Positions 11,115 to 23,289 of a stretch of DNA of 64,000 bases are shown piece by piece. Origin of the DNA: Selaginella moellendorffii (lineage: Eukaryota > Plantae > Lycopodiophyta); the NCBI RefSeq assembly GCF_000143415.4, contig NW_003314300.1, positions 894,181 through 958,180 of the forward strand, read 5' to 3'. Positions within the stretch are counted from its first letter, which is position 1, and the number at the start of each line of letters is the position of its first letter. Below the pieces are notes generated by a model that saw nothing but the letters and a program-made list of their open reading frames with translations, did no database searches and was not told the origin of the DNA. The translations under genes were made by a program, and so were the position numbers.

Positions 11115-13200
11115 ATGGATGAGGAATCTTTGCATGAGGAGGATGTAAGCTCCTGAGTTTGGACTTCCCGGGAGGTCACCCAGCCCAGTACTATTCAAAC
11201 CCAAGGACGTTTAACCCCAAATATAACAAGACCCTTAACCGATTGGAAAAGGGGGTGCACTCTTGTTCATGGGCCCTTTCCCTCTATATTTGAACCCCTA
11301 TGGATCGTCTCTCGAATTGTTCCCTTTGGTTGCTTACAATCCACCACGCTTCCCTACAAGTTCACGCCCTCGTGAACGGAAGCTGAGAGCCACAGCTCTC
11401 CAAAGAGCCCCGCTCTCTTGACACCCTACCCCTCGGGTCGAGCCCAGCGGGAGCAAACTGGACAAGCCAAATGTCAATCAACATATGGTGCGATTCCCCT
11501 AGCCAACCAACAGAGTCGGACCCGAAACCTGCTCTAATACCAAATGTAAGCTCATGAGTTTGGACTTCCCGGGAGGTCACCCAGCCCAGTACTATTCAAA
11601 CCCAAGGACGCTTAACCCTAAATATCCCAAGACCCTTAACCGATTGGAAAAGGGGGTGCACTCTTGTTCATGGGCCCTTTCCCTCTATATTTGAACCCCT
11701 ATGGATCGTCTCTCGAATTGTTCCCTTTGGTTGCTTACAATCCACCACGCTTCCCTACAAGTTCACGCCCTCGTGAACGGAAGCTGAGAGCCACAGCTCT
11801 CCAAAGAGCCCCGCTCTCTTGACACCCTACCCCTCGGGTCGAGCCCAGCGGGAGCAAACTGGACAAGCCAAATGTCAATCAACATATGGTGCGATTCCCC
11901 TAGCCAACCAACAGAGTCGGACCCGAAACCTGCTCTAATACCAAATGTAAGCTCATGAGTTTGGACTTCCCGGGAGGTCACCCAGCCCAGTACTATTCAA
12001 ACCCAAGGACGCTTAACCCTAAATATCCCAAGACCCTTAACCGATTGGAAAAGGGGGTGCACTCTTGTTCATGGGCCCTTTCCCTCTATATTTGAACCCC
12101 TATGGATCGTCTCTCGAATCGTTCCCTTTGGTTGCTTACAGAGGACTCCAGTGAGGAAACTTCCAAACAGGAGTTCGGTGGCGAGGTTCGGTCGTTCAAG
12201 GCTCGATTGGACGTTCTAGAAGGCCAATTGGCGCAGACCAATGCCCTGCTGGAGACTCTCATACGCAAGCTAAAGCGTGACGAGAAGCGGAAGCAAAAGC
12301 GAAAGACTGTGGATGCTGGCAGCGCAAAAAGTGCGGACCCTTTGGCAGGGACTGAGGCAAAACCAGACAAGGTCGAACATACCGAAGTGGAATCAGTCCC
12401 TCAGGCAATTCCCAAGTACAAACCAAAGCCCCCACCGGTCTTCAAGGGAGTGAACGACTATAAGGTGGTGGAGGATTGGTTTTACGATATGGAGGACTAC
12501 TTCCAAGCGTTGCGGTTACCGAGCTTGGAGAAGGTCCCATGTGCAAAACCATACTTGGCAGATAATGCCAAGTCTTGGTAGAGAATAACAGAGGCCAATG
12601 AAGAACCGGTGGCCACTTGGGAAATGATGAATGCAAGGATCCGTGCGACTTACGTTCCTCCAAATGCTACCCTGCATTTAAGGGATGAGCTAAGTAAGCT
12701 GAAGCAGACCAGAACCATTCAGGAGTATGTGAATGGGTTTATGGAAAAGAGGATACTTGTCACGGACATGGGGGATATGGATGCATTCCATGCCTTCATA
12801 TCAGGTTTGCAAACCTGGGCTCGCGGTGAGGTGATGCGGTGGAACCCGACCAACTACAAGGAAGTGTTGGATGCGGCCATCAAGGTGCATTTCAACGATA
12901 ACCTGCGAAAGGGGAACACGACATGGTCGGGATCCACGTTTAGTAAAGGGGCCAAACCAAGGGGAACGTATAGCAGGGGGAAATTCAAGAAGAGTTTCTC
13001 TAAGAATGAGTCCTCGGGGTTCCGGAAAGGCAAATCCGGTGGCCAGCGAGCGAGTACGTGGGGGAGTCAAGTGAAAAGAGACAAACCCACGGATAAGAAG
13101 GTCAGTGTTTCAGTAGCGTGGGAAACAACGTATGCTACAATTGCGGTGAAGCATGACACTTTTTGAGGGAATGTCCCTACCCGAAGAAGGCCAGAGCCAA
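11115..13200 (+). pseudogene. gag: gag, interrupted by the TRIM array and stops; CCHC knuckle remnant
   Basis: Removing 11144-12140 and one TSD copy restores MDEESLHEEDSSEETSKQ...; KPPPVFKG..EDWFYDMEDYF..LSKLKQTRTIQEYV gag motifs; CYNCGEA*H..ECP near 13130-13180. Confidence 0.85.
11144..12140 (-). mobile_element. Tandem TRIM array (LTR-int-LTR-int-LTR)
   Basis: Three 195-bp LTRs (11144-11338, 11545-11739, 11946-12140) with TGTAAGC...GCTTACA ends; two 206-bp internals with minus-strand PBS TGGTATTAGAGC and PPT GGGAAGCGTGGTGGAT; 5-bp TSD GAGGA (11139-11143/12141-12145). Confidence 0.93.
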
Positions 13201-13329
13201 TATGGCCATTAAGTCAGGTGAAGTCAAAACTAAGGTATATGATCCAGTCCCTAACTCAAAGTTACTCATTACACGAGCAACTTTGGTAGAGAGTCGTTTC
13301 GTGACATCTACTAACCCTCCGAGAGAAGC

Positions 13330-14891
13330 TCGGAGGTAGCTTTGTTAAAATCCTTATTGACACGGTGCTTCGGATAATTTTGTGGCTGCAGACATAGTCC
13401 GGCAAGCTAGACTAACGGTGTAGCGGCTAGGCGAACCAAGGACTATAGAGTTTATTCAAGGTAGCCAAAGCACCGATGAGGTACTTCGACAAGCGAGAGT
13501 CGAAGTAGGGACATGGAAAGTAGACATGGATTTCACCGTGTTGGACATGGCGGGATTTGACGTGATCTTCGGAATGGATTGGTTCAATCGGTTTGTGGTA
13601 GCCCTGCATGGACAAGGTAAGAACCTTGTGATACTAGCGAATGCCCAAGGAAGAAGATCTAAGGTGGAGGCCCAAGATCTAAAGGTAGGGCAAAGCAAGG
13701 CCAAAGATTCCTGCTTAAACCTGGTGTCCACAAGAAGACAACTCACTAAAGGAACTAAGGCAGCCTTTTTGTGCTTACTCTCGGTGAAGAGTGACAAAAA
13801 GACAGGAACGAAAGAAGTACCTTTAGTGATCCAGCGGGTGTTGGACCAATTCAAGGATACCATGCCGGAGGAGCTACTGGCGGGGTTGCCCCCTGCACGA
13901 CCGATAGAACATAAGATTGAGTTGGTCGAGGGTGCTGAGGCGGTGGTTTGTCCCCCCTATCGTTTGAACGAAAAAGAACTCAAGGAGCTCAAGTGCCAAC
14001 TAGAAGAGTTGATGGACAAAGGGTATGTTAGGTTGAGCAAGTCGCCGTATAGGGCGCTAGTGTTATTTGTGAAAAAGAAAGATGGATCTATGCGCATATG
14101 TATAGACTACTAGTTGCTCAACAAGTATACAAAGAAGAACAAGTACCCTTTGCCAAGAATTGAGGACCTGTTCAATATGTTGGGAAAGGCAAAATACTTC
14201 TCGAGGATTGACCTCAGGTCAGGATACTACCAGATCAGGGTTGCAAAGGAAGATGTCAAGAAGACAACCTGTCAAACCAAGTATGGGAGCTTTGAGTGTC
14301 TAGTGATGCCCTTCGGGCTATGTAATGTGCCGGCAACATTTTCGGTGCTGATGAACCACATCTTTATACCCTATTTGGATCACTTCGTGGTCGTCTATAT
14401 CGACGACATCCTGATCTATAGCAAGATGCTAAAGGAGCATGCCGAACACTTGGCGAAGGTGTTTGAGAAACTAAGGGAACACAAACTGTATGCTAAAGAG
14501 AGCAAATATGACTTTGCTCAACAAGAGGTAAAGTTTCTCGAGCATGTGGTGGGCTAGGATGGGCTCAAGGTGGACCCGGAGAAAGTCCAAGCGATCCAGG
14601 AATGGGAGCGACCATCGAATGTACATGAGTTGAGGGCGTTCTTGGGGCTATGCAACTACTACCAAAAGTTTATCAGACACTATTCGAGAGTAGCCCTACC
14701 CTTAACGGGCCAAACAGGAAAAGCGAAGATGGTATGGACAGCGGAATGCGAAGTGGCATTCGTCCACCTCAAAGGGAAGTTGAGGAAGGCTCCCATGTTG
14801 GCATTACCAGACTTTGGTAAAGACTTTGAGGTAGAAACGGATGCTTCAGACTTTGCGTTGGACGCAATTTTGAAGCAAGACAACCATCCAG
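13330..14891 (+). pseudogene. pol: pol 5' part: protease, reverse transcriptase, start of RNase H
   Basis: LIDT(G)[63 protein letters not shown]; in-frame TAG stops at 14111 and 14555. Confidence 0.93.
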
Positions 14892-15348
14892 AAGCTCTAT
14901 TTCGTTAAAGTGGGAATTGTCATTATCCCACTTGTAAAATAAGGTTTCCAAACCTTTATATAGTATATAAATATAACAAAATTCAACTGCATTGAGGCAC
15001 ATGCCATTTTATTTTAAACAAGGAAATGTCTACTCAATCACTTCTCCTCCCCCTGCCACTGCTTCACCTCTCTCTTCTCCTTGTCATCGTCGTCCAATTT
15101 CTTTCCATCCTTTTAATATTGGCTCAGTTGCTCCGAGTCTAGGTGGAGCCCAAGTCCCCATTCAATCTTTACTTTCCCCTTATTAATAAAACAGCTTCGT
15201 AGACTTCCAATAACATGCTGTAACACTTCTAGTATAATGCAAATCCTCTCAAAGAATTGTCTTTTAATATTAATACAATGGCATGGAACCCCATGCCATA
15301 ATAAGTTACATTTTTAAATAAATACATGCCATCTCAGACTGTTATTTT

Positions 15349-16196
15349 TTACCTCCAACGCCTATACAATAATCTTGGAATTTCATCACTCTCCACACTA
15401 TCAGGATTTAAACCCAATAGTAATGCCATCTCTTCTCTAATACGTCCACGCTCATGTTCAGTGGTCGAAGAACCCATCCGGTTGAGCAAATTATGGAGAT
15501 GCGGATAGTGCTTGGCTAGACAATATACATGCCATAAATGATGACTGGTGTCTGCCCGATCAAATGGCTTCTGATATACTGTTCCATCTGCCATTTGGTT
15601 GATTTCTGCAGCCACCTCCTGGACTGGCCGGTTCTCTATCACCATCGCTCCAAGCCGTTTTGCAAGGTCCCCCAGAACATACGGTTTCTTCTCCCTAGTT
15701 TCCATACTGCAAGAGATGGGGTGCACTGCATATGTGTGCGTGTTCGCTGCAGTTTTAATCGGCGAGTCATCGATGATGAGGATTTCACTTGACCTAGCAG
15801 TCCAGTTCATCACTACAGCCTCTGGCTTGACGAAGATGGGCTTGCTACCCCTCACATGGACCATAGTCAAGCAATCCTCCTGCGTTAGGAGAAAGTCAAA
15901 TGGTAATATTACTCGCGTCTAATCGTGCATCATCTGTAGCAACGTTAATGCATTGTAGCGCATCATGGATGTCCAAACTCCCAATTGCAAATTGAACCCG
16001 GCCCTCTGTTTTAAGTGTCGCATGGTCATTATTAGATCCCACAGTTTCTCCCGTGTGATTAATGTGAATCTGTCTCTTTTGACCAACTTGCGACCGCAGG
16101 CTTTGGAGGGTGCAGTGACATTCGAGGACGAGCCACGCTCATGGGAGAAAAGGACACCGTTCAAATCAAAAACGATACAGTACCTTCGCCGTGACT
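15349..16196 (-). pseudogene. FCP1/NIF-like HAD phosphatase domain exon (one internal stop)
   Basis: CIVFDLNGVL (motif I), LGVWTSM (motif II), FLLTQEDC, FVKP, ILIIDDSPIK..N (motif IV). Confidence 0.8.
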
Positions 16197-19100
16197 CTGA
16201 AATGAAATGCGTCAGCATAAAAAATGGTACAAGTCAATTTTACCATCTACAATATTAGCGAATGGTGCTCCCCATGGTCGTTGAGAGGGTTTTGGTCGAG
16301 GAAACGTGAAGGGCGGAAATACTCTCCTCTGCAATGTGGGGTCAATCGCATCCGATGGCGTGTGGGCACATGCCATTTCAGCTGTAGACTCTAGTACAAC
16401 TGGCTCAACAGTGGCATGGGGTGGTTCCGATGGCGTGTGATCACACGCCATTTCAGCTGGTGCCTCCATTGGCAAAGTGGACATGACCGAACAGGCAGCA
16501 GGGGCGGTGTAGGGAGGTTCCAACGGCGCGTAGTCAGACGATTGGGCACACGTTGAGTCCGTTGGAAATGAGGATACGACCGGCTCGGCGGCTGGGGCGG
16601 CCTCATGCGGGTCCAATGGCGCCTGGTCACCGTCAGTTGGATACGTGGACAAGATTGACTCAGTGGTATAGGCAGCATCAAGTGGAGTGTGGTTAGCTTG
16701 CTTGGCGTTGATATGGATAGTAGCCTCCACCAGCTCTGATGACTCTTGCAGGCAAGTAGAGTCCACTGGCGGATCCATATGCATGTCCAAATATCTCCCT
16801 TCGATTGAGATGGTATCCTCCCTACTGGCTACTAAAAACAAACTCATTAGCACATTGAATTGACTATACTGTATTTACCATCAACTGCTATTGAGGAACT
16901 AGGACCGATATCACTTGGGCGCACTGCTGATTCTGAAGGATTGGACATACGTTTCGACCCTTGCTTGGCACTATCCTTCCTCGACACTAAAGGCTAGAGT
17001 TTGTATCTTAATTCAACTGAATAATCTCTACTTACCATTTGCTCTGCGACCTACATGGACAATGTTAGAAATGGTAAAAGGTTAGGAATGGATGTACTAT
17101 TATTTACCTGATGGTTTGTCTTGTATGACCTTCCTCCACTGCTCTTTGGCCACCTCAGGCTGGCCATCATTGTCATCATTGTCGTCGTCGTTATTGTGAT
17201 CGTCACCATTGTGAGGACCATCCAAGTCCTCTTCATCCTCCTCTTCTTCGTCCTCCTCTTCTTTGTCCTCCTCTTCGTCCTTCTGCTCTTCCTGCTCATT
17301 ATCTTTCTCTGGCTCCTCATCCCCCTCTTGCATTTCTTCCATAGGCTGCTCAGGCTGGATGGCTTGTTCTTCCAGGACCATCTTGGGAAAATCATCTGGC
17401 CGAGTCTCCATCTCAAAATACAAGACATCCATAGCCTGTTTTAGTGCGTGACCTAGGACCGTATCCTCACCCGACTGTCTTAACATGGTTTCTGCACGTT
17501 CTTGCACCCTTCGAAGACGACGAGATGAGAAAAACGTGGCCCTGACTTGAAAAGCATCCCTCATCCATTGTACCTCTCCATTGAGATTGGGGAAGGGGAG
17601 TCCGCCATAGGAATCTGAGTCAGGAGGTGGTGACTGGCTGCTTTCACTCAGCCCTTGATCTGCAATGAATGGCATGAGCACACACGCCATAACCGCGAGG
17701 CATTACCTATCATCTTTTCGTTGCCCTTCTTCCTTTTCGAATCAAACACCTCTGATCCCGACGACTGTCCAACGTGCTTTCGCTTTTTATGACCACTGTC
17801 AGTTTGAGCTTGGCTGGTGCTTGCTTGTTTTGCCTTTGAAGAAGTGTCTCCTGCAAGGAATGGCATGAGACCACACACCATTGCAAATATAATTTGTACC
17901 TCCTTTTTTCCTATTGCTTGTCTGTTTGTCCTTCTTCGACGCGCCACCAGTGCGCTTTTTAGTCCTCGTGTCTGAATATTCACAACGATCTATAATCAAA
18001 ATGGCGTGAGGCCTCACGTGACCTTACCTTGTGCAGGTTGTGAGCTCGGCCCAACATGGGTATCTTCAATAGTAGCTGTTAACGCCGTTTCAGCATTTGG
18101 GGGTGGCCACGCTCCTGCATACAGAGCTTGTGAGATAACATTTAAACTTAAAGTGCGTACTCACCAAGTTCGCAAAAAAGATACTGTTTTTCTTTGGCAA
18201 CTGTAATTATATGCTCCATTGAAGTCACCTCTTCAATGGAGTTTGTCACTGCAATACACGGGACACCCTTGAGTAGTGCGGCTTGAAAGAATAGTCCACT
18301 GCAGTTGTACTCGACAACGCATTTGCCCTTGGAGTCGGAAGCAAGTGACCCACCCGCTATTGCGTTAAAGACCCAACTGAGCATTTCCCATGCTGCACCT
18401 GGAGCTTTCTCTGGATTCGAAAGCTCCATAGCCGTCTTCAGTTCCTCAGGCACGGGTAAATTGACCTCCCTCAGATCAATTCGATCGGCCTTGTCGAACA
18501 AAGCTGGGAAGTCACTCCAGTCCCACTCTGCTGCAGGACCAATAACAAGGGCGAGTGTGAAGATGCGGACATTCGTCAGTATCTTCTTCTTAGCCATTAT
18601 CCCATGGATCTCCCGCATCTCCTTGCCTTTTAACCGAGCCTTCACCTCGTTCAAGGCCTTCCAGAACTTGTGATAGGATTCGGAGTCGTAGATCATATAG
18701 TGGACTGAAGATTCCACCTCCGCAAGTCCCACCATTAAGTCAATGATGGAGCTAACTTCATTTGCATGAGTGATCTCCTCGTTTGTGAAGTCCATCACAC
18801 AAAAGATGTTCTTGACCTGCTCATCTCCGCGGGAAACGATGCTCCTTCACCTTTGATCCTCATCCGAATTCACGTATACCCGGTAAGGTTCTCGATAAGC
18901 CTCTACTGCAAGGTCGAGCTGTTTCTGAAGCTGGCGGTCGACATCCCTCTTAATGAAATTTGGATACTGATCCAACTTCTCAGCTTTACTTTTCGTGGCA
19001 TCCCGCAGCAGATCGATGAACTTGGGGGCCCCCTTCACGTACTCGTCGATGTCTTCATTTGACAACTCCAGCTCTTCCATCATCTCTTGCGTGGTGTCGA

Positions 19101-19599
19101 TGCTCACCCTCTCCACGGCCACTTGCTCGAAGATCCAATCCTTCAATAGCGCACAAGCTCTCAGAGTCGTGCACAAGTTCTCGTATGTCACAATATGGCC
19201 GGGAGTCATTTTGGTCTTGTTGAAGACTACCTCACCACGTAGAAGAGCATTAGCCACTGTCAGAAGGTCGTCGTCGTCTAGAGACCACGAGAAACGCAAG
19301 GCGTTGAGCTTCAAATCATTGGGCTTCCGGCCGTCCTCCACACCCATTGAGTTTAGCAACTCCCCGTCATGGTACCTCCTCAACACATTTACCCATTTGT
19401 CAAAAACAACTTTTGTCGCGAGTAGAATGTTATGGATGCTGAGTGTGTCATTGACCCCTAGTGTTTTTGAGAGAAGACTCGAGAATTCCTGCAATGGAAA
19501 TGGCGTGAGGCCACATGCTATGCCACATGCAACGAGGCTTACCTGCCAGGTGCTAGTTGCTAGTGCACGTCCTTGTCCTGGTTTTTGTGGCTTCTTCAG

Positions 19600-20060
19600 T
19601 TGAACCCAGAGCTTCCGTGTTCGTGCCAATGTCTCGTGCAGACCCGATTTGTAGCATGTTTCTTGCTTGACATTCTGCGCGTGGGAGATGTATATGATAG
19701 ATCGGAGGGGCGAGTTGCCTTTTATCAGGCGGACAACTCTTGTCTTGAAGACTTTCTTCACCTCCTTGCCCACCATAATATCCACAACTATCTCTTGCAT
19801 CGCCAAGCTAGAATGCTGCCCGGGGACGGCATAGAACCGGATGTTCTGATCGTCCAACACCTTCCTATTGATCAAGTCTGGAAACCTCGTCTCGCCCTTC
19901 ATTGTTCGGTAGTAGGGGATCACGTCTACGATGTTGGGTGTTACTGGACTTGCCAGCATCTTCTGCTTCAGTTTCTCCACCCACTCATCAGATACTAGCC
20001 TATGGTTGTATTTGCTTTGGATGTCGATACGGCTCACGTCGATTGTATATACTTTGTTGG
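19600..20060 (-). other. ParB/Srx-like domain within the cargo gene
   Basis: IDVSRIDI..YNHRLVSDEWVEKLKQKM...FYAVPGQHSSLAM...VRLI...ISHAQN resembles the ParB R....V..L..S / DGxHR / final N pattern; recognised by eye only. Confidence 0.6.
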
Positions 20061-21964
20061 AATAGTAACAAGTACTATTATCTGCGACGATTTTTGCTGC
20101 CTCTTCTTGCTTTTTCTGCTCTTTGCGGCTCTTCTTTTTGGTGGGTGTAGTGTTCGAACCCGAGGCAATGGCATCACCGAGTAGCTTCTTTTTTGGAGCA
20201 GGAGAGTCGGACGTCGGCTTGAGATTGACCACCCTTTTCTGCTTCGGGGTAGTTTCCAGATCGACCCCCTTCCCCTTCGCTTCGCGAACTGGAGGCACTC
20301 TCAACGGCTCAATGTTGGAATATAGTTTTTGAACATCGCCGTAGGTGAGGTCCGTGGATTCCATGTGATCTTCATAAACCCGCAGCGTCTTTGAAATTGT
20401 GGGCCTCCTGGACAACCTCTCCCTAGCTCCCTCTAGGAATTCCTCATAGCCGCTGCCCCCCTCCGGGAAGCCGCTAGGATGTGCAAGGTGGATCTTGAAG
20501 GCGGACGTTGTCTCTACCACAAGTGCCAGTCCATATTCTTGCATGGAACTGCATGGAGTGTCTGTCACTTGGATGAGGATCCCCATGCATTCTTTTCTCC
20601 CACCATCTGTGTTGTACAGCCTCAGATCCTCGCCTTCCATCCCGAAAGTCCAACTGGTGAGCTCTTCCCCCTTCTCTGCATCCACATTGACAGTGGCTGG
20701 AAGAAGAACGCAATTCCTTGCTTGTTCAGAAATGCACAACAATTAGAGCTGACAGATGAAAAGCTAGCAACTGGAAATAACATGAGGCCACACGCCATTC
20801 ACAACTGCATCAGATGTCTTGAGGCTGCATCCTAAGATGGCGTGAGGCTACACGCCATCTGTAATCGGACTGCACTTGAGAGCCCAATCGGTGCATGCCA
20901 ATGTTGCTACTGAATGGCATGTGGCCTCATGCCATTTTCTAAAAGACTTACCATTTGAAGCCGAATGGAGGCGTGACAATCGAGGCCGGACTCGCTGGCG
21001 AATGTGCACTGTGTGTGTAGCGGATCGTAGCAACAAGGCTACTTTGCCACTTACAGTTGGAGAGTGGCGCTGAAATCTCCCGGGACGCCAAGTGGGCTGC
21101 GTGTGGGTGGCGGAGTGGGCGGCGGAGTTGGCGGCGAAGTTACAAACTGGGTGTGTCTTGAAGAGGACGCCGATGCACACGAGCGCGAGTGTGATGCGAG
21201 TGCGAGTGGACGCTGATGCATACGAGAAACCTGTAGAGAAGGTAGATGAGCGCGAATGTGAGCGTGATCGCGAGTGGGAGCGCGATGCGAGCGCGAGTAC
21301 GAAACAAAATGCAAAACCTAACCTCACACGCGCGAAATGTCACGACGGTTGGTAATCCCGCAACGTCATCATTCCTCGGACTTGAGTGCCACCATTAATT
21401 TCTGGATCGCCGCGCACATGCATGCACGTGAAATCCAAAAGAAATCCGCAATGTCATCATTCCTCGGACTGCATGCACGCGAAATCCAAAAGAAAGATCA
21501 TGATTGGGATATCATTTAATACCCTCGCTATATTTATACCATGCATGATTGGATATTCCAAAGCATCTTGTATTTCCAAAAATGCCAGATGTTCAGCTAA
21601 ATAAAGAATGGTATACAATGCCCTTCTTGATGACCCTGCAAAGAAGCATCTCGATCGGACACCACATGAGACCACACGAGCCTTACAATGTTTCAGGGGC
21701 ATTTGCCATAGATCCGACCGTTATTTTGCTCCAAGATTCTACAGTTTGGTGTGCATTGACCTTTCCATCAACACTGCAAAGGGACATCACAATCAGATGT
21801 GGGATCACAAGAAACCAACTTCACTAACTCTGGTTTCACCAAAATCTACGTAAGGAGTTATGAAATGAAAGGACCCTCTCTATTGAAATGTGTTTATGGT
21901 CCTGACATATCAAAGGATTTTGCATCAAGTTCTGTATTTGCATGTTTATCAAGCTACTGAATTG

Positions 21965-21990
21965 CTAAACCCTAAACCCTAAACCCTAAA
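21965..21990. repeat. Plant telomere-type repeat (CCCTAAA)x3+ / telo-box
   Basis: ctaaac cctaaac cctaaac cctaaa. Confidence 0.85.
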
Positions 21991-23289
21991 TATGTGGCAA
22001 ATGCTGCGTGAAGAAAGATGCCCTTTCTGGGCAAATGCTGTAAGAGGCAGATGCCAAGCAGATGTATCTCAGGCTAGCAAAGGGGACAAACGAAAGCTAG
22101 CTAGCTATAAACATGACGGGATGCAAATAGATTACTAGGCTGGTCCTGCGAAAATCAAAAACCATAATTGAAAACATTGAAAATGCAAAAAGAAAGGTTT
22201 ATAATATTTTTGAATTTTAAGCAACCAAAGGAATGTAAGTAGGGCATGTGTTTGTAAGTTTAAAAATGCCTCAACCACTTAAATTCCCAAGTAAATAAAG
22301 CTGTTTCTATTTTTGGTACAGGTAAACTTTATAGCGTGTGGGCTCATGCAATTTTGAACCCAAAAATGCACCAAAAAATGCTCGACTAGCATTATTCTTT
22401 GAATGGCGTGTGGCCTTATATTGCCATAAATGGACGTACACACATAGCATAATTATTCCTTTACACGGCGAATAATCTTGGCGCGGATCGCTAACATGGC
22501 ATGGCAAAGTTCGAATCACTGACATGGCACAGCTGGATCAAGGCAAAGACATGATGTAACAAAGTTCAACCTCCGATAGCAAAGTCTAGAAGCTACTCAG
22601 TTTGAAATTTGTCAGAGGAATCATAAGATCTGGTTTGTCAGAGGATTTGATGTGACGTTCAAGCGTGTGTTATTTTTGAATTCTCAAACTCATTCCTAGG
22701 TCTATCATTTTTGTGCGCCGTGTTCTTGGTTCCGCTGAGCGCAGTGAGCGCTACTTGTGTAAGCGGCGTTGTGAGCTGTGGTTTATGCGTCTACGAGCGG
22801 TTGCGGCATTGCGAGCGCCATTGCAAGCGGTAGTTTATGCGAGTGGCAGTTTGTGCGAGCAGTGCTACGAGCAGTTGCGGTGTTGCGAGCGGCGCTACGA
22901 GTAGTTGCGGTGTTGCGAGCGGCACTGTCTTTGCTGTGGCTACCGCTTCCTCTTGATATTCGGCACTTGTGCTTCCTGGTATGTTCACCATGGAATGGCT
23001 TAGGACCACATTTAGAAATGGCATGAGGCCACATGCCATCTTGGGCCCTTGCAATTTCATGGCTAGCATATTGTCATGTATGTTTTTACTTGCCTGCAGC
23101 TGTATGTATATCAAGATGGCATGAGGCCTCATGCCAATTTTGTGAATGCGAAATTTCACGTGGGTGTCAATAGCATGTTTGAATAATGGCATGTGGCCTC
23201 ATGCTATTGAGGTTGTTTGGTATGTTATGATTTAGGCCATTCTCCAATCATTTTTTGTATGGTCTTAACTTCTTTTCTGCACTTTCAGA

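Larger units (their letters stand above)
15349..20742 (-). pseudogene. Transposon cargo gene, multi-exon: ParB-like + degenerate N4/N6 DNA-methyltransferase-like + acidic region + FCP1/NIF-like HAD phosphatase
   Basis: ORFs 18847-20742 and 18148-18798 are one frame separated by a single TGA; ORFs 15919-16218 and 15349-15870 are one frame separated by a single TAG; candidate GT-AG introns at ~19489-19542, 18115-18164, 17851-17899, 17660-17706 and 16197-16243 link the pieces; true 5' exon not determined. Confidence 0.6.
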
